This document shows, one piece after another, positions 1 to 11,096 of a DNA stretch of 64,000 bases. The notes beneath the pieces are model-generated. The model searched no databases and was not told the origin of the DNA. It saw only the letters and a program-made list of their open reading frames with translations. Source of the DNA: an uncultured Actinomycetes bacterium (GTDB lineage: Bacteria; Actinomycetota; Acidimicrobiia; IMCC26256; PALSA-610); NCBI GenBank assembly GCA_963784845.1, contig CAWASN010000007.1, positions 1,169,200 through 1,233,199 of the forward strand, in the 5' to 3' direction. Positions within the stretch are counted from its first letter, which is position 1, and every line of letters begins with the position of its first letter. A program made the translations under genes and the position numbers.

Positions 1-77
1 CGTCGGCCTTTCGAGCCAACGACCCGTGCCACTTCCGTCATCGGCGGCAGGCTACCGAAAGAGGGAAGAATGGCGGC

Positions 78-1117
78 ATGCGCGACGAACTCCGTAGCGG
101 TCTGAACGCGCTCGGCGCGTCGGACGACGATATCGATCGAGCCGAGGCGCAAGGATGGCTTCCGTTGCTCGCGTTCGAACGGACGTTGTTTCCCGGCGCG
201 CATCGCTACGACCTCGCCGCGCTCGTCGAGGCGGCGGGTATCGACGAGGATCTCGCCCGCGGGCTGTGGCGCGCGGTCGGGTTCCCGGATGTGCCGGCGG
301 GCTTCGCGGCGTTCACCGATCGCGACGTCGAGGCCGCGCGCCTTGTGCTGCGCGCAGGCGCCCGACGCGCGACATCGAGCACGGGACGTTGCTGCAACAG
401 GTCCGGGTCATCAGTGGCGCGCTCGCGCGGGTCGCGTCCGTAGAGGCCGACGGCTTCACCGACCTGCTCGACGAGATGAGGGCCGACGGAATGTCCGACG
501 ACGAGATCGCGCTCGGGATCCTCTCGGATACTCGCCTCGACGAGGTCGGTGTCTTGATCGACTACGTGCACCGATTGCAGCTCCGGGCGGCCGTGTGGCG
601 CCGCAGTGTTCTCGCCGCCGAACCCGATATCGCGGTGGCGGTGGGATTCGCCGATCTCGCGGGTTACACGGCGCTGAGCGCAAAGCTCGATGCGATGGAG
701 TTGTCGGAGCTGGTCGGCCGGTGGGAGGCCGTCGCATACGACGCGGTCGCCACGAGCGGCGCGCGGGTCGTGAAGACCATTGGCGACGAGGTCATGTACG
801 TAGGACTCACCGACGAGGCGGTCGCGGCGTCGCTGGCACTGCGCGACGCCGCCCTCGAAGCCGGACTGCCACCTCTGCGGATCGGTCTCGCCGCCGGTCC
901 TGTCGTGTCTCGCGACGGCGACTACTTCGGCCCGGTCGTCAACCTCGCGAGCCGCCTCTCCGAACTGGCGGCTCCCGGAGAGATGCTGGTGCCGGGCACG
1001 TTGCACGACGAGCTGCGCGCCGGACCGAGCGGTGCCCTGCGCTGGGTCTCGAAGGGAACCCGGCAGGTGCGCAGCATCGGTCCGGTGGAGGTCTTCGCGC
1101 TGGAGCGCAGCGGGTAG
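78..1117 (+). CDS. Class III adenylate/guanylate cyclase with N-terminal regulatory domain (one apparent frameshift ~365)
   Basis: VGFADLAGYT, VKTIGDEVM, GDYFGPVVNLASRL motifs; N-terminal LWRAVGFP segment lies in ORF 78..443. Confidence 0.9.
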
Positions 1118-1127
1118 CGTGCCCAGG

Positions 1128-2019
1128 GTGACCGAGGAACGCCTGAGCCTGCTGCAAGTCCACGCGCACCCCGACGACGAAGCGTCCAAAGGGGCCGGCA
1201 CCACCGCCAAGTATGCGGCCGAAGGTGTGCACAACGTGCTCGTGTGTTGCACCGGTGGTGAAGCCGGGGACATCTTGAACCCGGCGGTCGAGTACCCCGG
1301 TTCGCCGGAAGCCATGTACGAGCTGCGCATGGCCGAGCTCGCCGAGAGCGTCGCGCGTGTTGGGCTACGGAGCGCTGCACATGCTCGGCTATCGCGACAG
1401 CGGCATGCCGGATACCGACGACAACGCCCGTGCCGACAACTTCGCCAACGCACCACTCGAAGAAGCGGTCGGTCGTCTCGTAGCGATCATCCGCGAGGAG
1501 CGGCCGCAGGTGATCATCACCTACCGCGACGACCGCAACTTCTATCCGCACCCGGACCACATTCGCGTGCACGAGATCTCGGTACCTGCTTTCGATCTCG
1601 CCGGTGATCCCGAGGCCTACCCCGATGCGGGAGATCCGTGGCAGCCCTTGAAGCTGTACTACGTGTCGTGGTCGATCGCGCGGGTGAAGGCGCTGCACGA
1701 GGCATACCTCGCGCGAGGTGAAGAGAGTGCGTACACCTCGTGGTTCGAGCGTGGGTTCGACACCGACCGCAAGGACGAGTTCACGACGCTGATCGACGTC
1801 GGCGACTACCTCGCGAAGCGGCGGGCCGCGCTCCTCGCCCATCGCACGCAGGTGGATCCCGAGGGGCACTGGATGCGACTGCCGGACGACGTCGTGCGTG
1901 AGGTGTTTCCGTGGGAGGAGTACACGCTTGCGCGCTCGCTCGTCGACAATCACCTACCCGAAGGCGAATTCGAGGACGACCTCTTCGCCGGCGTGCGCGA
2001 GCGCGTGCAACACCAGTAG
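1128..2019 (+). CDS. mca: Mycothiol conjugate amidase (PIG-L family), frameshift ~1355
   Basis: VHAHPDDEASKGA, GYRDSGM, YPHPDHI, WQPLKLYY, ALLAHRTQVDP, EDDLFAGV. Confidence 0.9.
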
Positions 2020-2024
2020 CGATC

Positions 2025-2324
2025 ATGATCGTCGAGTTCGTCGTCGCCGCCGGCAAGAAGGAGCAGGCTCGAGGTTGGGCGCAGGTCGACGGAAGCACGA
2101 TCGTCGCCCGAGGCGCCGGAGCGCCCGCGCCGCCCGCCGACGTCACCTTCACCGCGACGCCCGCCGACGCGCAGGCACTGCACGACGGCTCCCTCGACCT
2201 CTCGGTCGGTTTCATGCGCGGACAGGTGAAGATGGCCGGCGATTTCGGGGCCTTGTTGCAGTTCCTGCCGCTGACGAGCGGGGCCTCGCCTCGCGTCGCG
2301 GTCGCCGAGTTGCTCCCCGGCTGA
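2025..2324 (+). CDS. Small SCP2 sterol-binding-like domain protein
   Basis: ADVTFT...GSLDLSVGFMRGQVKMAGD is typical of SCP2. Confidence 0.7.
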   Translation: MIVEFVVAAGKKEQARGWAQVDGSTIVARGAGAPAPPADVTFTATPADAQALHDGSLDLSVGFMRGQVKMAGDFGALLQFLPLTSGASPRVAVAELLPG

Positions 2325-2327
2325 GCG

Positions 2328-3524
2328 TCAGCCGACCACCCCGGCCACGCGCAACTCCTCGATCCGCCGGCCGAGACCGAGCTCGCGCAGGATCTCGTCG
2401 GAATGCTGCCCGAGCATCGGAGCCGGTCCACCGAGTGGAGGGCGGGCGTCAGCGAACTCGGCCGGGTGTCGAGGTTGGCGCAACCGGCCCGCGGTCGGAT
2501 GGACGGAGTCCTGGAGCAGACCGATCGCCCGCGCGTGCGGGTCGTTCGCGAGCTCCGTCGGAGCGAGCACGACGCCGCAGGGAACGTTGTTCGCTTCCAA
2601 CGCTCCGATCGCGGTCGCGGTCGTCATATCCCCGGCGGCGTCGTAGCAGCGGTCCATGATCTCGCGCATCAGGTCCCGGTGCTGCACTCGCTGCCCGATC
2701 GTCGCGACACGCGCGCATCGTCGTGGCCGTCGACGCCGAAGGCCTTGCACATGCCCGCGAAGTCGGCATCCGATGTCGGCGTGCAGATTCCCCAACCGTC
2801 GCGGAAGCGGAAGGGACGGAAATTCCCGACGAAGCTCGACGGTTGCGAACGGTCGGCATCCTGGAGCACTTCATTGCCGGCCGAGTCGGCCCACAGGAAC
2901 GATACGACCGCGTCGAGCATCGCCAGCTGCACGTGCGTACCCGCACCGGTGCGCTCACGCGCGAAGAGCGCGGCCGTGATGGCTTGTGCCGCGTAGAGCG
3001 CAGTCACCTTGTCGGCCGCGGTCTGGTTCAGGAAATGCGGATCCCCCGTCTGTGGATCGGCTTGGTTCGCCGCGAAGCCCCCGTACGCCTGTATCACCGT
3101 GTCGTAGGCACCCTTGCCTGCGTACGGTCCGGTCGGCCCAAAGCCCGACAGTGAGGCGTAGACGATCCGCTCGTTCACCGCCCGGGCCGACGTCGTAGCC
3201 GATACCGAGCCGTTCGACGACGCCGGGCCGAAAGTTCTGCACGACGACGTCGGCCGTGCTCATGAGTTGCAGAAGGATGTCGCGCCCTTCGGTCCGGTGC
3301 ACGTCGAGAGCGAGCGACCGCTTGCCCCGGTTGCACATCTGCGCCAGGGCGCTGAGACCGTTGACCGACACGCCGACGTAGCGTCCGATATCGCCGAAGC
3401 CGGGTCGTTCGACCTTGACTACCTCGGCACCCTGGTCGCCGAGAAGCGCGACCGCATACGGTCCGGTGAGCGCGATCGAAAGATCTACGATCTTGATGCC
3501 GGCGAGCGGGCCGTCGGCGCTCAT
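2328..3524 (-). CDS. CoA-transferase family III (CaiB/BaiF), frameshifted
   Basis: GPLAGIKIVDLS, NRGKRS, VQNFRPGV, SGFGPTGPY, PAPMLGQHS across 3 frames. Confidence 0.9.
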
Positions 3525-4640
3525 GCGTCGAACTCCGCGTTGCTCCTCGGCCGTCCGCCGGGACCACTGTACGCGAGTCCGTATCCGGGGGTGACGACGA
3601 ACTCGGGGTCGGGGAGGGCGCGCGTCGCGGCGAGCCAGGTGTCGACGAGCCGGTCTTCGGCCTCGTAGTCGAAGGGATCGGTGAGCACGACTTCCTCCTG
3701 ACCTCCGCGGGGGCGGGTGCTCGACGAGCCACTGCGCGGTCGCGGCGACCGCGCGCCGGGCCGGGACCGTGTCGCGATAACCGAGATCGGCGCGGACACG
3801 ACTGATGTCGAGGACGCGGTGGGTGGGCAACGGCTGGGCGAGCAGCGGGCGAGCCGGGAGCGCGAGCTCGAACGGCATCGAGATGATCTCCAACGTGCGG
3901 CCGAGTGCCGTCGCGACCAGCTGAACGACCTGGCGGACCGACAGCACCTCCTCGTCCCCGACATTGAACAGCTTGCCCGCGGCCGCGTCGGGCTGCTCGA
4001 TCGCCAGCAGGAGCGCATGGGCGAGGTTCTCGGTGTAGCCGTGGTGGTGCAGCGTGAGCCCATCGTCGGCGACGACTATCCGGTCGCGCCCGTCGAGGAT
4101 CCGACGGACGATCAGCCATTCGCGAGGCGCGAGTTGATGCGGACCGTACACGTACGGGTAGCGAAAATGCGCCGCGCGCGGATGGTGCTCGAACACCGCG
4201 GCCTCGGTTCGGGCGATGCGGTATCCCTTCTCGTCGTCGCCCGGTCGTTGGACGACCGGCGCGTCCTCGCCGACCGGTACTGGCAACCCGGCCGGGTCGT
4301 GCATCCACGGATTCATCCATCCCCGTATGGCGGGTACGCCTCCTACCGAGACGAACTGGCCGACGCGGCCGGCGGTGAGCTCCGCGATACGACGCAGCCG
4401 GCCGTACATCGCGGCCACGACGTCGAAGGCCGCGTTGTCGAAGGTTGCCGCATCGAAGAACGCCCGAAGGGCGTCGTCGTCATAAGGGTCGGTATGGACG
4501 TGCGTGACGGCCGGTGGTGTCTCCGCGCGCTCGTGCGTCCCGCGGTGCATGATGGTGACGTCGTGGCCGCGTTCCACGAGGCCGCGCACGAGCGGGATGC
4601 CGGTAGGCCCGGTGCCGCCGATGACCAACACGCGTCCCAC
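3521..4640 (-). CDS. NAD-dependent epimerase/dehydratase family protein, frameshifted
   Basis: VLVIGGTGPTG Rossmann motif, RYPYVYGP, FNVGD. Confidence 0.8.
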
Positions 4641-4654
4641 GGTGGGGACGCTAC

Positions 4655-5648
4655 CTAGTCCCAGTCGAAGGTCGCGGCGATGCTCCCGAGCGCGGCCTTG
4701 GTGCTCGCGTCGCAGAGGGCGCCCCGGAGTCCGGCGTCGTACGCGGCTCGGGGTGAGAGACCGAGCAACTCGGCCGCGGCGTAGTCGCGGTCCAGGTCGG
4801 TGTCGAACATCGCCGGATCGTCGGTGCTGATCGAACAGACCACGCCGGCTTCCAGCATTCGGGGGAGCGGATGATCGGCGATGGCGTCGACGGCGCGGAG
4901 ACTGACGTTCGAGATCGGGCACACGTCACACACCACACCGCGTGCGGCCAACTCGTCGAGCAACCCCGGGTCGTCGGTCGCCCGGATCCCGTGGCGGATC
5001 CGGTCCGCACCGAGCGCGTCGAGCGCACCGCGGATCGATGCCGCGCCCTCGGTCTCCCCGGCGTGCGGCACCGAGCCCAAGCCGCCTTCCTTGGCGAGGC
5101 GGAACGCAGGCGCGAACGGCTCGGGCGGGAATCCGACCTCGGGTCCACCGAGCCCGACGCCGACGACGCCACGGTCGCGGTACTTCGACGCGAGTAACGC
5201 GCGGTTTCCAGCGCGGCGTCGAGCGGGAAGGTTCGGGGGATGTCCGGCGTCAGGCGCACCTCGACACCTGTCGTGGCTTGCGCTTCGGCCGCGCCGTCGC
5301 AGAAGCCGGAGAACACCTCGTCCCACGACGCGCCACCGAGCACGCGTTCGGCGGGCGTGAAGATGCCTTCGACGTACACCGCGCCGTGCGCGGCCGCCTC
5401 GCGCGATACGCCAAGACCACTTGGCGGAAGTCGACCTCGGTCCGGATGACGCTCGTCGTCATCAGCCACAGCTCGATGAAGTGGTCGAAGTCGCGGAAGC
5501 GGTAGAGCTCGGCGAGCTCCACCGCGTCGTGAGTGGGGAGGGTGAGGCCGTTGCGTTCGGCGATCTCGATGAGGGCCGCCGGTCGCACCGCGCCTTCGAG
5601 ATGGACGTGCAGCTCGATCTTCGGTGTCGGACTCTTCGCAGCGGACAT
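4655..5648 (-). CDS. add: Adenosine deaminase family amidohydrolase, frameshifted
   Basis: KIELHVHLEG, PHAGE, DRIRHG, CPISN, STDDP. Confidence 0.85.
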
Positions 5649-5768
5649 ATCGGCTCCCGGGCGCGTCGAAAACGGAGAGTATTCGTGCTTTCGTGAGTTC
5701 CGTGCCTTCGCCTGCGAACCGGGGCCGTCAGGCCCTGCCCTTCTGGTCAGCTCGTGACGGATCGGATG

Positions 5769-6595
5769 CTAACTCGGAGACGGTGCGGGCTCGAGGCTCA
5801 ATCTTCCGCCGAGGAACACCCGCGAGACCTGCGCGCCGCATTTGCCGTAGAAGCGGAGGTTGCTGACCCACGAGATCTCCCCGGTCGCGCAGTCACGAGC
5901 CAAGAGGTCTGCGCAGAGCGCGGCGACGATCGCCGATCCGACACCGCCGTGCTGGAGCGTGGGATCGGTCGCCATCGGGCCTATCCAACCGAAGCGGTTG
6001 ACCGAATGGCAACCGAACCCGATCGTGTTCCCGTGCGTATCACCGCGGCGAACGCGGTGCCGAGCGTCACCGAACGATCGAGCTCGGGCACCCAGTACGG
6101 ATACGAGCGCGTCGCGAATTCGTGCGCGCCGCTGCCCGTCTCGCGTTCGACGACGACTCCGGGCGGCGCCGGTCTGCGGAACCGTGTGTCAATGGACATG
6201 TTCGTCCCGATCCAGTCGCGAGCGAAGCCGCACGTCTCCAGCAGCATGCCTGCTCGCGTGTTGTGCACGTCGACGCCCGGCCAGAGGTAACGCGGCACCG
6301 CGCTCGCCAGCAGCAAATCGCGCGCGCCGAGCGCCCGCGCGCGGTCGGCCGCCGCGCGCACCAGTTCCTTGGCGCGGCCGCGGCTCTGGTCGTCGGGGTG
6401 CACGACGACCAGGGTCAGCCACGCGCCGAGATGTGCGCCGAGGTGCTGGATCTGCAGTACCGCGGCGGCGCGGTCGTCGCCGAACTGCTGGTCGGTCGCG
6501 CCGAAGCAGAGGTATTCGAGCTCCGCGGCCGTGAGATGCTCCTCGGGCATGGCCGCGTCGCACAGCGCGGCAAGTGCTTCGGGACTCGTGTTCAC
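5769..6595 (-). CDS. GNAT-family acetyltransferase (tandem domains), frameshifted
   Basis: VVVHPDDQSRGRAKEL and ATDPTLQHGGVGSA acetyl-CoA motifs; FYGKCG. Confidence 0.75.
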
Positions 6596-7434
6596 GAACT
6601 GACGGGTTGCTCGGCTCGCTGCAGCTCGCGCAGTGCCCGGTAGCCGATCGGCACGACTCCTGCGCGTTCGATGAGGTCGCGAAGCGAGGGATCTCTCGTG
6701 AGGTACGCGTGGTCTTCGACACGCGACGCCCAGTCGGGATGCGACGCCCGCAACTCGTCGGTGTCGATGCCCGGATGGAGATAGACCTCCGTCACGCCGG
6801 GCGCGAGCTGGAAGAGCGCCTTTTCGATCGCGCGCCGTGATCCCACGTGGGTGTATACGAAGTGATCGGGGAACACGACGCCTTCCTCCTCGGCGAGGCG
6901 GCGGTACGGAAATCCGACGAGACGTTCGGCGCTGGCGCCCGCCATCCGCAGCGGGAGCCGGAAATCGACGGCGAGCTCCAAGTAGATGTCGAAGAACTCG
7001 GGCCGCAGCTGCATGGTGCCCATGTGCGAGTCGAGGTGCGATACGTCGAAACCCCAATAGATCGCGCGCTCGAGCTGGGCCCGGCACTCCTTGCGGACCT
7101 CGTCGAGGTCGGCGTGGTCCCAGACGTCCTCGATGGTACGGGGAAAGCCGCCGTCGCCGTCGAGGAGACTCGGAGAGTGGGTGACCGGACCCCACCGGTA
7201 CGTGTCCCATTCCGAGTTCAGCGTGAGGTGCACACCGACGTCGTCACCGCGGTACATCGCCGCGGCATCGCGTGCCCACGGGCACGGGACCATCAGGGTC
7301 GCGCTCGTCGCCAGTCCCTCTCGCAACGCCTCGTAGACAGCGACGTTGGCCGATCGCGACGATCCGAGGTCGTCGCAGTTGACGATCAACAACTTCGCGT
7401 CGGGCTCGTACCCGAGGCGCTCGACGAGGCTCAC
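6592..7434 (-). CDS. ChbG/HpnK (YdjC) family deacetylase
   Basis: IVNCDDLG, GVHLTL, SHLDSHMG, EVYLHPG. Confidence 0.9.
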   Translation of the reverse strand: MSLVERLGYEPDAKLLIVNCDDLGSSRSANVAVYEALREGLATSATLMVPCPWARDAAAMYRGDDVGVHLTLNSEWDTYRWGPVTHSPSLLDGDGGFPRTIEDVWDHADLDEVRKECRAQLERAIYWGFDVSHLDSHMGTMQLRPEFFDIYLELAVDFRLPLRMAGASAERLVGFPYRRLAEEEGVVFPDHFVYTHVGSRRAIEKALFQLAPGVTEVYLHPGIDTDELRASHPDWASRVEDHAYLTRDPSLRDLIERAGVVPIGYRALRELQRAEQPVSS

Positions 7435-7514
7435 GAGCAGGAAGGCTACGCGAAGTCCTGGCTGAGCAGTCCTCCGGCGCCGGATGACGCCGCTGACGTG
7501 CGGATCGTCCGGCG

Positions 7515-7584
7515 ACGGTCAACAGACAACGGTCACCAGACAACGGTCAACAGACAGTGGCCACCAGACACCGGTCAACAGATG
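7515..7584. repeat. 14-bp tandem repeat x5 (ACGGTCA-A/C-CAGACA), degenerate
   Basis: Units at 7515, 7529, 7543, 7557, 7571. Confidence 0.9.
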
Positions 7585-7628
7585 TGCGAGATATCCGCGC
7601 CAGGCGCGGTTTTCTCGCACATCTGTTG
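7576..7628. repeat. 53-bp near-perfect palindrome (REP-like or terminator)
   Basis: CAACAGATGTGCGAGA-tat-CCGCGCC-a-GGCGCGG-ttt-TCTCGCACATCTGTTG. Confidence 0.85.
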
Positions 7629-7658
7629 TGGTCGGTGGGTGGTGCGGGCTCCCAGGAG

Positions 7659-8105
7659 CTAGCGAGGCGGGAGGCATCTTTCGACGGTCTCGGCGAAGCG
7701 GCGGAGCTTGCGCCCCCGGAGGGCTTCGATCTCGACGACGGCGCCCTCGGCGAGCGCGAACGCGACCCCGGTGACGAGGCCGTGGGAGGTGGCCACGATC
7801 TGGGCGATGCCGGTGAGGTCGAGCGCGCTCCAGTACCGCGTCGGTGGGCGGCCCCAGAACGTCGGCTTGCCGAACAGCACCCGACGCTCCGACGCGGCCA
7901 CGACCATGTCGGGGGGAACCGTCGGGAACCCGGCCGACGTCACGGCATCGTGCCATTCCCCGTAGGCACGCATGCGCATGCGACCCGATCCGAGCGCGAA
8001 CGTCGCCCGGGTGCTCGTGACGGCCGCACCCCGAAAGCTGGCGCGCGCGATCGCGAGGATCTCTTCCCCTGGCTCGAGCTCGACGAGCTCGCGCGGTGCG
8101 GTCAA
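7659..8105 (-). CDS. Hypothetical protein (possible PH-like fold)
   Basis: ORF with TTG start overlapping the thiolase stop; LEPGEEILA N-terminus. Confidence 0.55.
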   Translation of the reverse strand: MTAPRELVELEPGEEILAIARASFRGAAVTSTRATFALGSGRMRMRAYGEWHDAVTSAGFPTVPPDMVVAASERRVLFGKPTFWGRPPTRYWSALDLTGIAQIVATSHGLVTGVAFALAEGAVVEIEALRGRKLRRFAETVERCLPPR

Positions 8106-9289
8106 ACGCGTTCGAGCACCGTGCCGGTGCCGAGGCCGCCGCCGCAGCACATGGTGACGAGCGCGTACCGCCCGTCGATTCTCTCGAGCTCGTGCAGCGC
8201 GGTCGTGACCAAGCGGGCGCCCGTGGCGCCCACCGGGTGGCCGAGCGCGATGGCGCCGCCGTTCGGGTTGACCTTCGCGAGGTCGGCTTTGACCTCGCGC
8301 TCCCAGGCCAGGACGACGGATGCGAACGCCTCGTTGATCTCGATCGTGTCGAAGCCGTCGATGCTCAAGCCCGTGCGTTCCATCATCCGACGGGTCGCGT
8401 CGATGGGTCCGGTGAGCATCAGGACCGGATCGACGCCGACGAGACACTGATCGACGATGCGCGCCCGCGGTCTCAGCCCGAGCTCGCGCGCCTTTCGCGC
8501 GGTCGTGAGCAGGACGGCCGCGGCGCCGTCGGTGATTTGGGATGACGACCCGGCCGTGTGGACACCGTTCTCGCGAGCGACGGGCTTGAGTTTCGCGAGC
8601 GCCTCGAGGGAAGTCTCGCGCAGGCCTTCGTCACGGGTGACGCGGTGTGTCGTGCCGGTGGGCTTGCCTTCGGCGTCGACGTCGGGCGCATCGACGGGCA
8701 GCACTTCACGTTCGAACCGCCCCTCGGCCCACGCCTGTTGGGCACGTTGCTGCGACAACAGACCGAACGCGTCGCAGTCGGCGCGGGTGACTCCCCACTT
8801 GTCGGCGATGCGTTCCGCGCCTTCGAACTGGCTCGTCAGCTCGAAGTGGTCTTTGTACGACGGGGGATTGGGTCGACCGAGACCTTTGACGACCGCCGCT
8901 CCCAACGGCACACGGCTCATCGACTCGACCCCGCACGCGAGCGCGACGTCGACCACACCGGAGCCCACCATCGCGGTCGCGAGGTTCGTGGCCTGTTGCG
9001 ACGAGCCGCACTGGCTGTCGACGGTGGTGCCGGCGACCTCCAGCGGAAGCCCGGCGCTCAACCACGCAGTGCGGGCGATGTTGAAGGTCTGCTCGCCGAC
9101 CTGGCTGACGCATCCACCGATGACCTGGCCGACTTCGAGGGGATCGATCCCGGCTCGGTCGATCGCGGCGCGCTGGACGAGGCCGAGCAGGTCGGCGGGG
9201 TGCACGGTCGCCAGGGCGCCGTTGCGCCGCCCGAGCGGCGCGCGCACCGCTTCGATGATGACGACGTCGTTGTCGTTGAGCTCGGCCAC
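8102..9289 (-). CDS. Acetyl-CoA C-acyltransferase (thiolase, FadA5-like)
   Basis: QCGSSQQ, EINEAFA, NGGAIALGHP, CCGGGLG; SD GAGGAG before GTG. Confidence 0.95.
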   Translation of the reverse strand: MAELNDNDVVIIEAVRAPLGRRNGALATVHPADLLGLVQRAAIDRAGIDPLEVGQVIGGCVSQVGEQTFNIARTAWLSAGLPLEVAGTTVDSQCGSSQQATNLATAMVGSGVVDVALACGVESMSRVPLGAAVVKGLGRPNPPSYKDHFELTSQFEGAERIADKWGVTRADCDAFGLLSQQRAQQAWAEGRFEREVLPVDAPDVDAEGKPTGTTHRVTRDEGLRETSLEALAKLKPVARENGVHTAGSSSQITDGAAAVLLTTARKARELGLRPRARIVDQCLVGVDPVLMLTGPIDATRRMMERTGLSIDGFDTIEINEAFASVVLAWEREVKADLAKVNPNGGAIALGHPVGATGARLVTTALHELERIDGRYALVTMCCGGGLGTGTVLERV

Positions 9290-9374
9290 GGGTACTCCTC
9301 GAAGATCGGAACCGGAGTCAGCCGAATCGTAGTAGTGACCGCTCGCTCCCGGTCCGGGGCGCGAGGATGGGTCG

Positions 9375-10025
9375 GTGCGAACCGCTCCGACCGCGTTCCT
9401 GTGCGCGACCTTGCTCCTCGCCGCGTGCGGGGGGAGCAGTGCGAAACAGACGGTCTCGACGGAGACGACCGGCACCGGGCCCGGATCGACCACTTCGGTG
9501 TCGGGCGGGCCGGCCACGACGGACACGACGGACACGACGGTCGAGCTTCCGACCACCTCACTGCCCTGCCAGCCGGTTCCGATCCCGACCACTCCCATCA
9601 CGAGCCCGGTGCCGTCGCCCCACGCGGCGTTGCTGACGAACGTGCAGGATCAGAGCGATGGGTGTGTGGACCATGTGATCTTCGACTTCACAGGCAAGAG
9701 CACGGACGTGCCCGGTTACACCCTGAGCTACGGCGCCGCACCCTTCGTCGGCGATGCTTCGGGCACGCCGATCGCGGTGGCGGGCAGCGCGTTCGTCGTC
9801 GTGAAGGTGCAGCCCGGCTACGGCTTCGACTTCGAGGCCGCAAAGGCGACCTACACGGGACCGAAGAGCCTCCCGATCGGGCACACCAACCACGTGAAGG
9901 CGATCGTCGAGACGGGAGATTTCGAAGGCGTGCTCACGTGGGTGATCGGCCTCGACTCCAAACGTCCGTTCAGCGTGCAGGCCACCGGAGCCCCCCGCCG
10001 CCAAGTCGTCGTCACGATCAGCTGA
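9375..10025 (+). CDS. Lipoprotein with AMIN-like domain
   Basis: LLLAACGG lipobox, Thr-rich linker, GDFEGVLTWVIG. Confidence 0.8.
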   Translation: MRTAPTAFLCATLLLAACGGSSAKQTVSTETTGTGPGSTTSVSGGPATTDTTDTTVELPTTSLPCQPVPIPTTPITSPVPSPHAALLTNVQDQSDGCVDHVIFDFTGKSTDVPGYTLSYGAAPFVGDASGTPIAVAGSAFVVVKVQPGYGFDFEAAKATYTGPKSLPIGHTNHVKAIVETGDFEGVLTWVIGLDSKRPFSVQATGAPRRQVVVTIS

Positions 10026-10046
10026 GAGCGCCCGCGAACGCCGGCG

Positions 10047-11039
10047 TCAGCGACAGTCGAGGATGACCTTGCCGAAGGTCGTGTCCGACTCGAGCAGCGC
10101 GTAGGCGTCCTCGGCCCGCTCGAGCGGAAGAGTCGCTTCGACGACGGGCTCGATCCTGCCGTCGGCCAGCATCGGCATGACGTCGCGGACGAAAGCGTCC
10201 ATTGCGGCAGCCTTCTCGGCGATGTCCCGGCCCCGCAGCACGGTTCCCATGATCGTGAGTCGCTTGCCGAGGATCGCCATGATCGGCAGGGTCGCGCGTC
10301 CTCCGGCGATCGTGCCGATGCACACGATGCGTCCCTTCGGTGCGGCCGCGTTCACGTCGGTGACGAGGTAGTCGCCACCGACGAGATCGAGCGTGACGTC
10401 GGCACCGCCGCCGGTCACGTCGACGATCGTCCACGCGAGCGCATCGGTATCGAGTGCGCCCTTGACGGTGCGCAACGGTTCGATGCCTTCGTCGAGTCCG
10501 AGGGAGCGGCAGCGTTCGATCTTGCTCGCGGTGCGCGCCGTGCCGACGACGTAAGCACCGAACTCGTGCGCGAGTTGGAGCGCGGCGGTACCCACGCCGG
10601 ATCCGACTGCGTGTATGAGGACCCATTCGCCGTCGGTGACATGGGCCTGGGTGACCATCGTGTCGTGCGCGGTGACGAACACCTCCGGTACGCCGCCCAT
10701 CGTCACGAGGTCGAGGTGATCGGCGACCGTCGCGGAGTGGGCCGCGGGCACGGTGACGTACTCGGCCTGCGCGCCGCCGCCGATGATCCCGCATACTCGA
10801 TCGCCTACGGCACGGGCGGTGACCTCGGCGCCGACCGCCGCGACCTCGCCTGCGAATTCCATGCCGGGAATGTCGTCGGGAACCCCGGCCGGCGCTGGAT
10901 AGCGACCGGCCCGCTGCAACAGGTCGGCGCGGTTCAGGCCCGCCCCGTGCACCCGCACCACGACCTCGTGGGGGGCAGGTTCCGGCACGGCCCGGTCGGC
11001 TGCGACGAGCCGGCCATCGACGATCGTGATCGCACGCAC
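10047..11039 (-). CDS. NAD(P)H-quinone oxidoreductase (zeta-crystallin/MDR)
   Basis: GLNRADLLQRAGRYP, HAVGSGVG, FGKVIL. Confidence 0.9.
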   Translation of the reverse strand: MRAITIVDGRLVAADRAVPEPAPHEVVVRVHGAGLNRADLLQRAGRYPAPAGVPDDIPGMEFAGEVAAVGAEVTARAVGDRVCGIIGGGAQAEYVTVPAAHSATVADHLDLVTMGGVPEVFVTAHDTMVTQAHVTDGEWVLIHAVGSGVGTAALQLAHEFGAYVVGTARTASKIERCRSLGLDEGIEPLRTVKGALDTDALAWTIVDVTGGGADVTLDLVGGDYLVTDVNAAAPKGRIVCIGTIAGGRATLPIMAILGKRLTIMGTVLRGRDIAEKAAAMDAFVRDVMPMLADGRIEPVVEATLPLERAEDAYALLESDTTFGKVILDCR

Positions 11040-11096
11040 GAGCCAGCAACCTAGCGGGCTGCGGGGCGGACCCGGGCCCGGCGCTACGGTCGAGGC

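Noticed and set aside
5649-5680. ykkC/guanidine or ZTP riboswitch suggested by CGCCCGGGAG
   Set aside because: The 5' conserved cores of these riboswitches are absent
9465-9545. ACGACGGAC-like short repeats
   Set aside because: Ordinary Thr-rich lipoprotein linker
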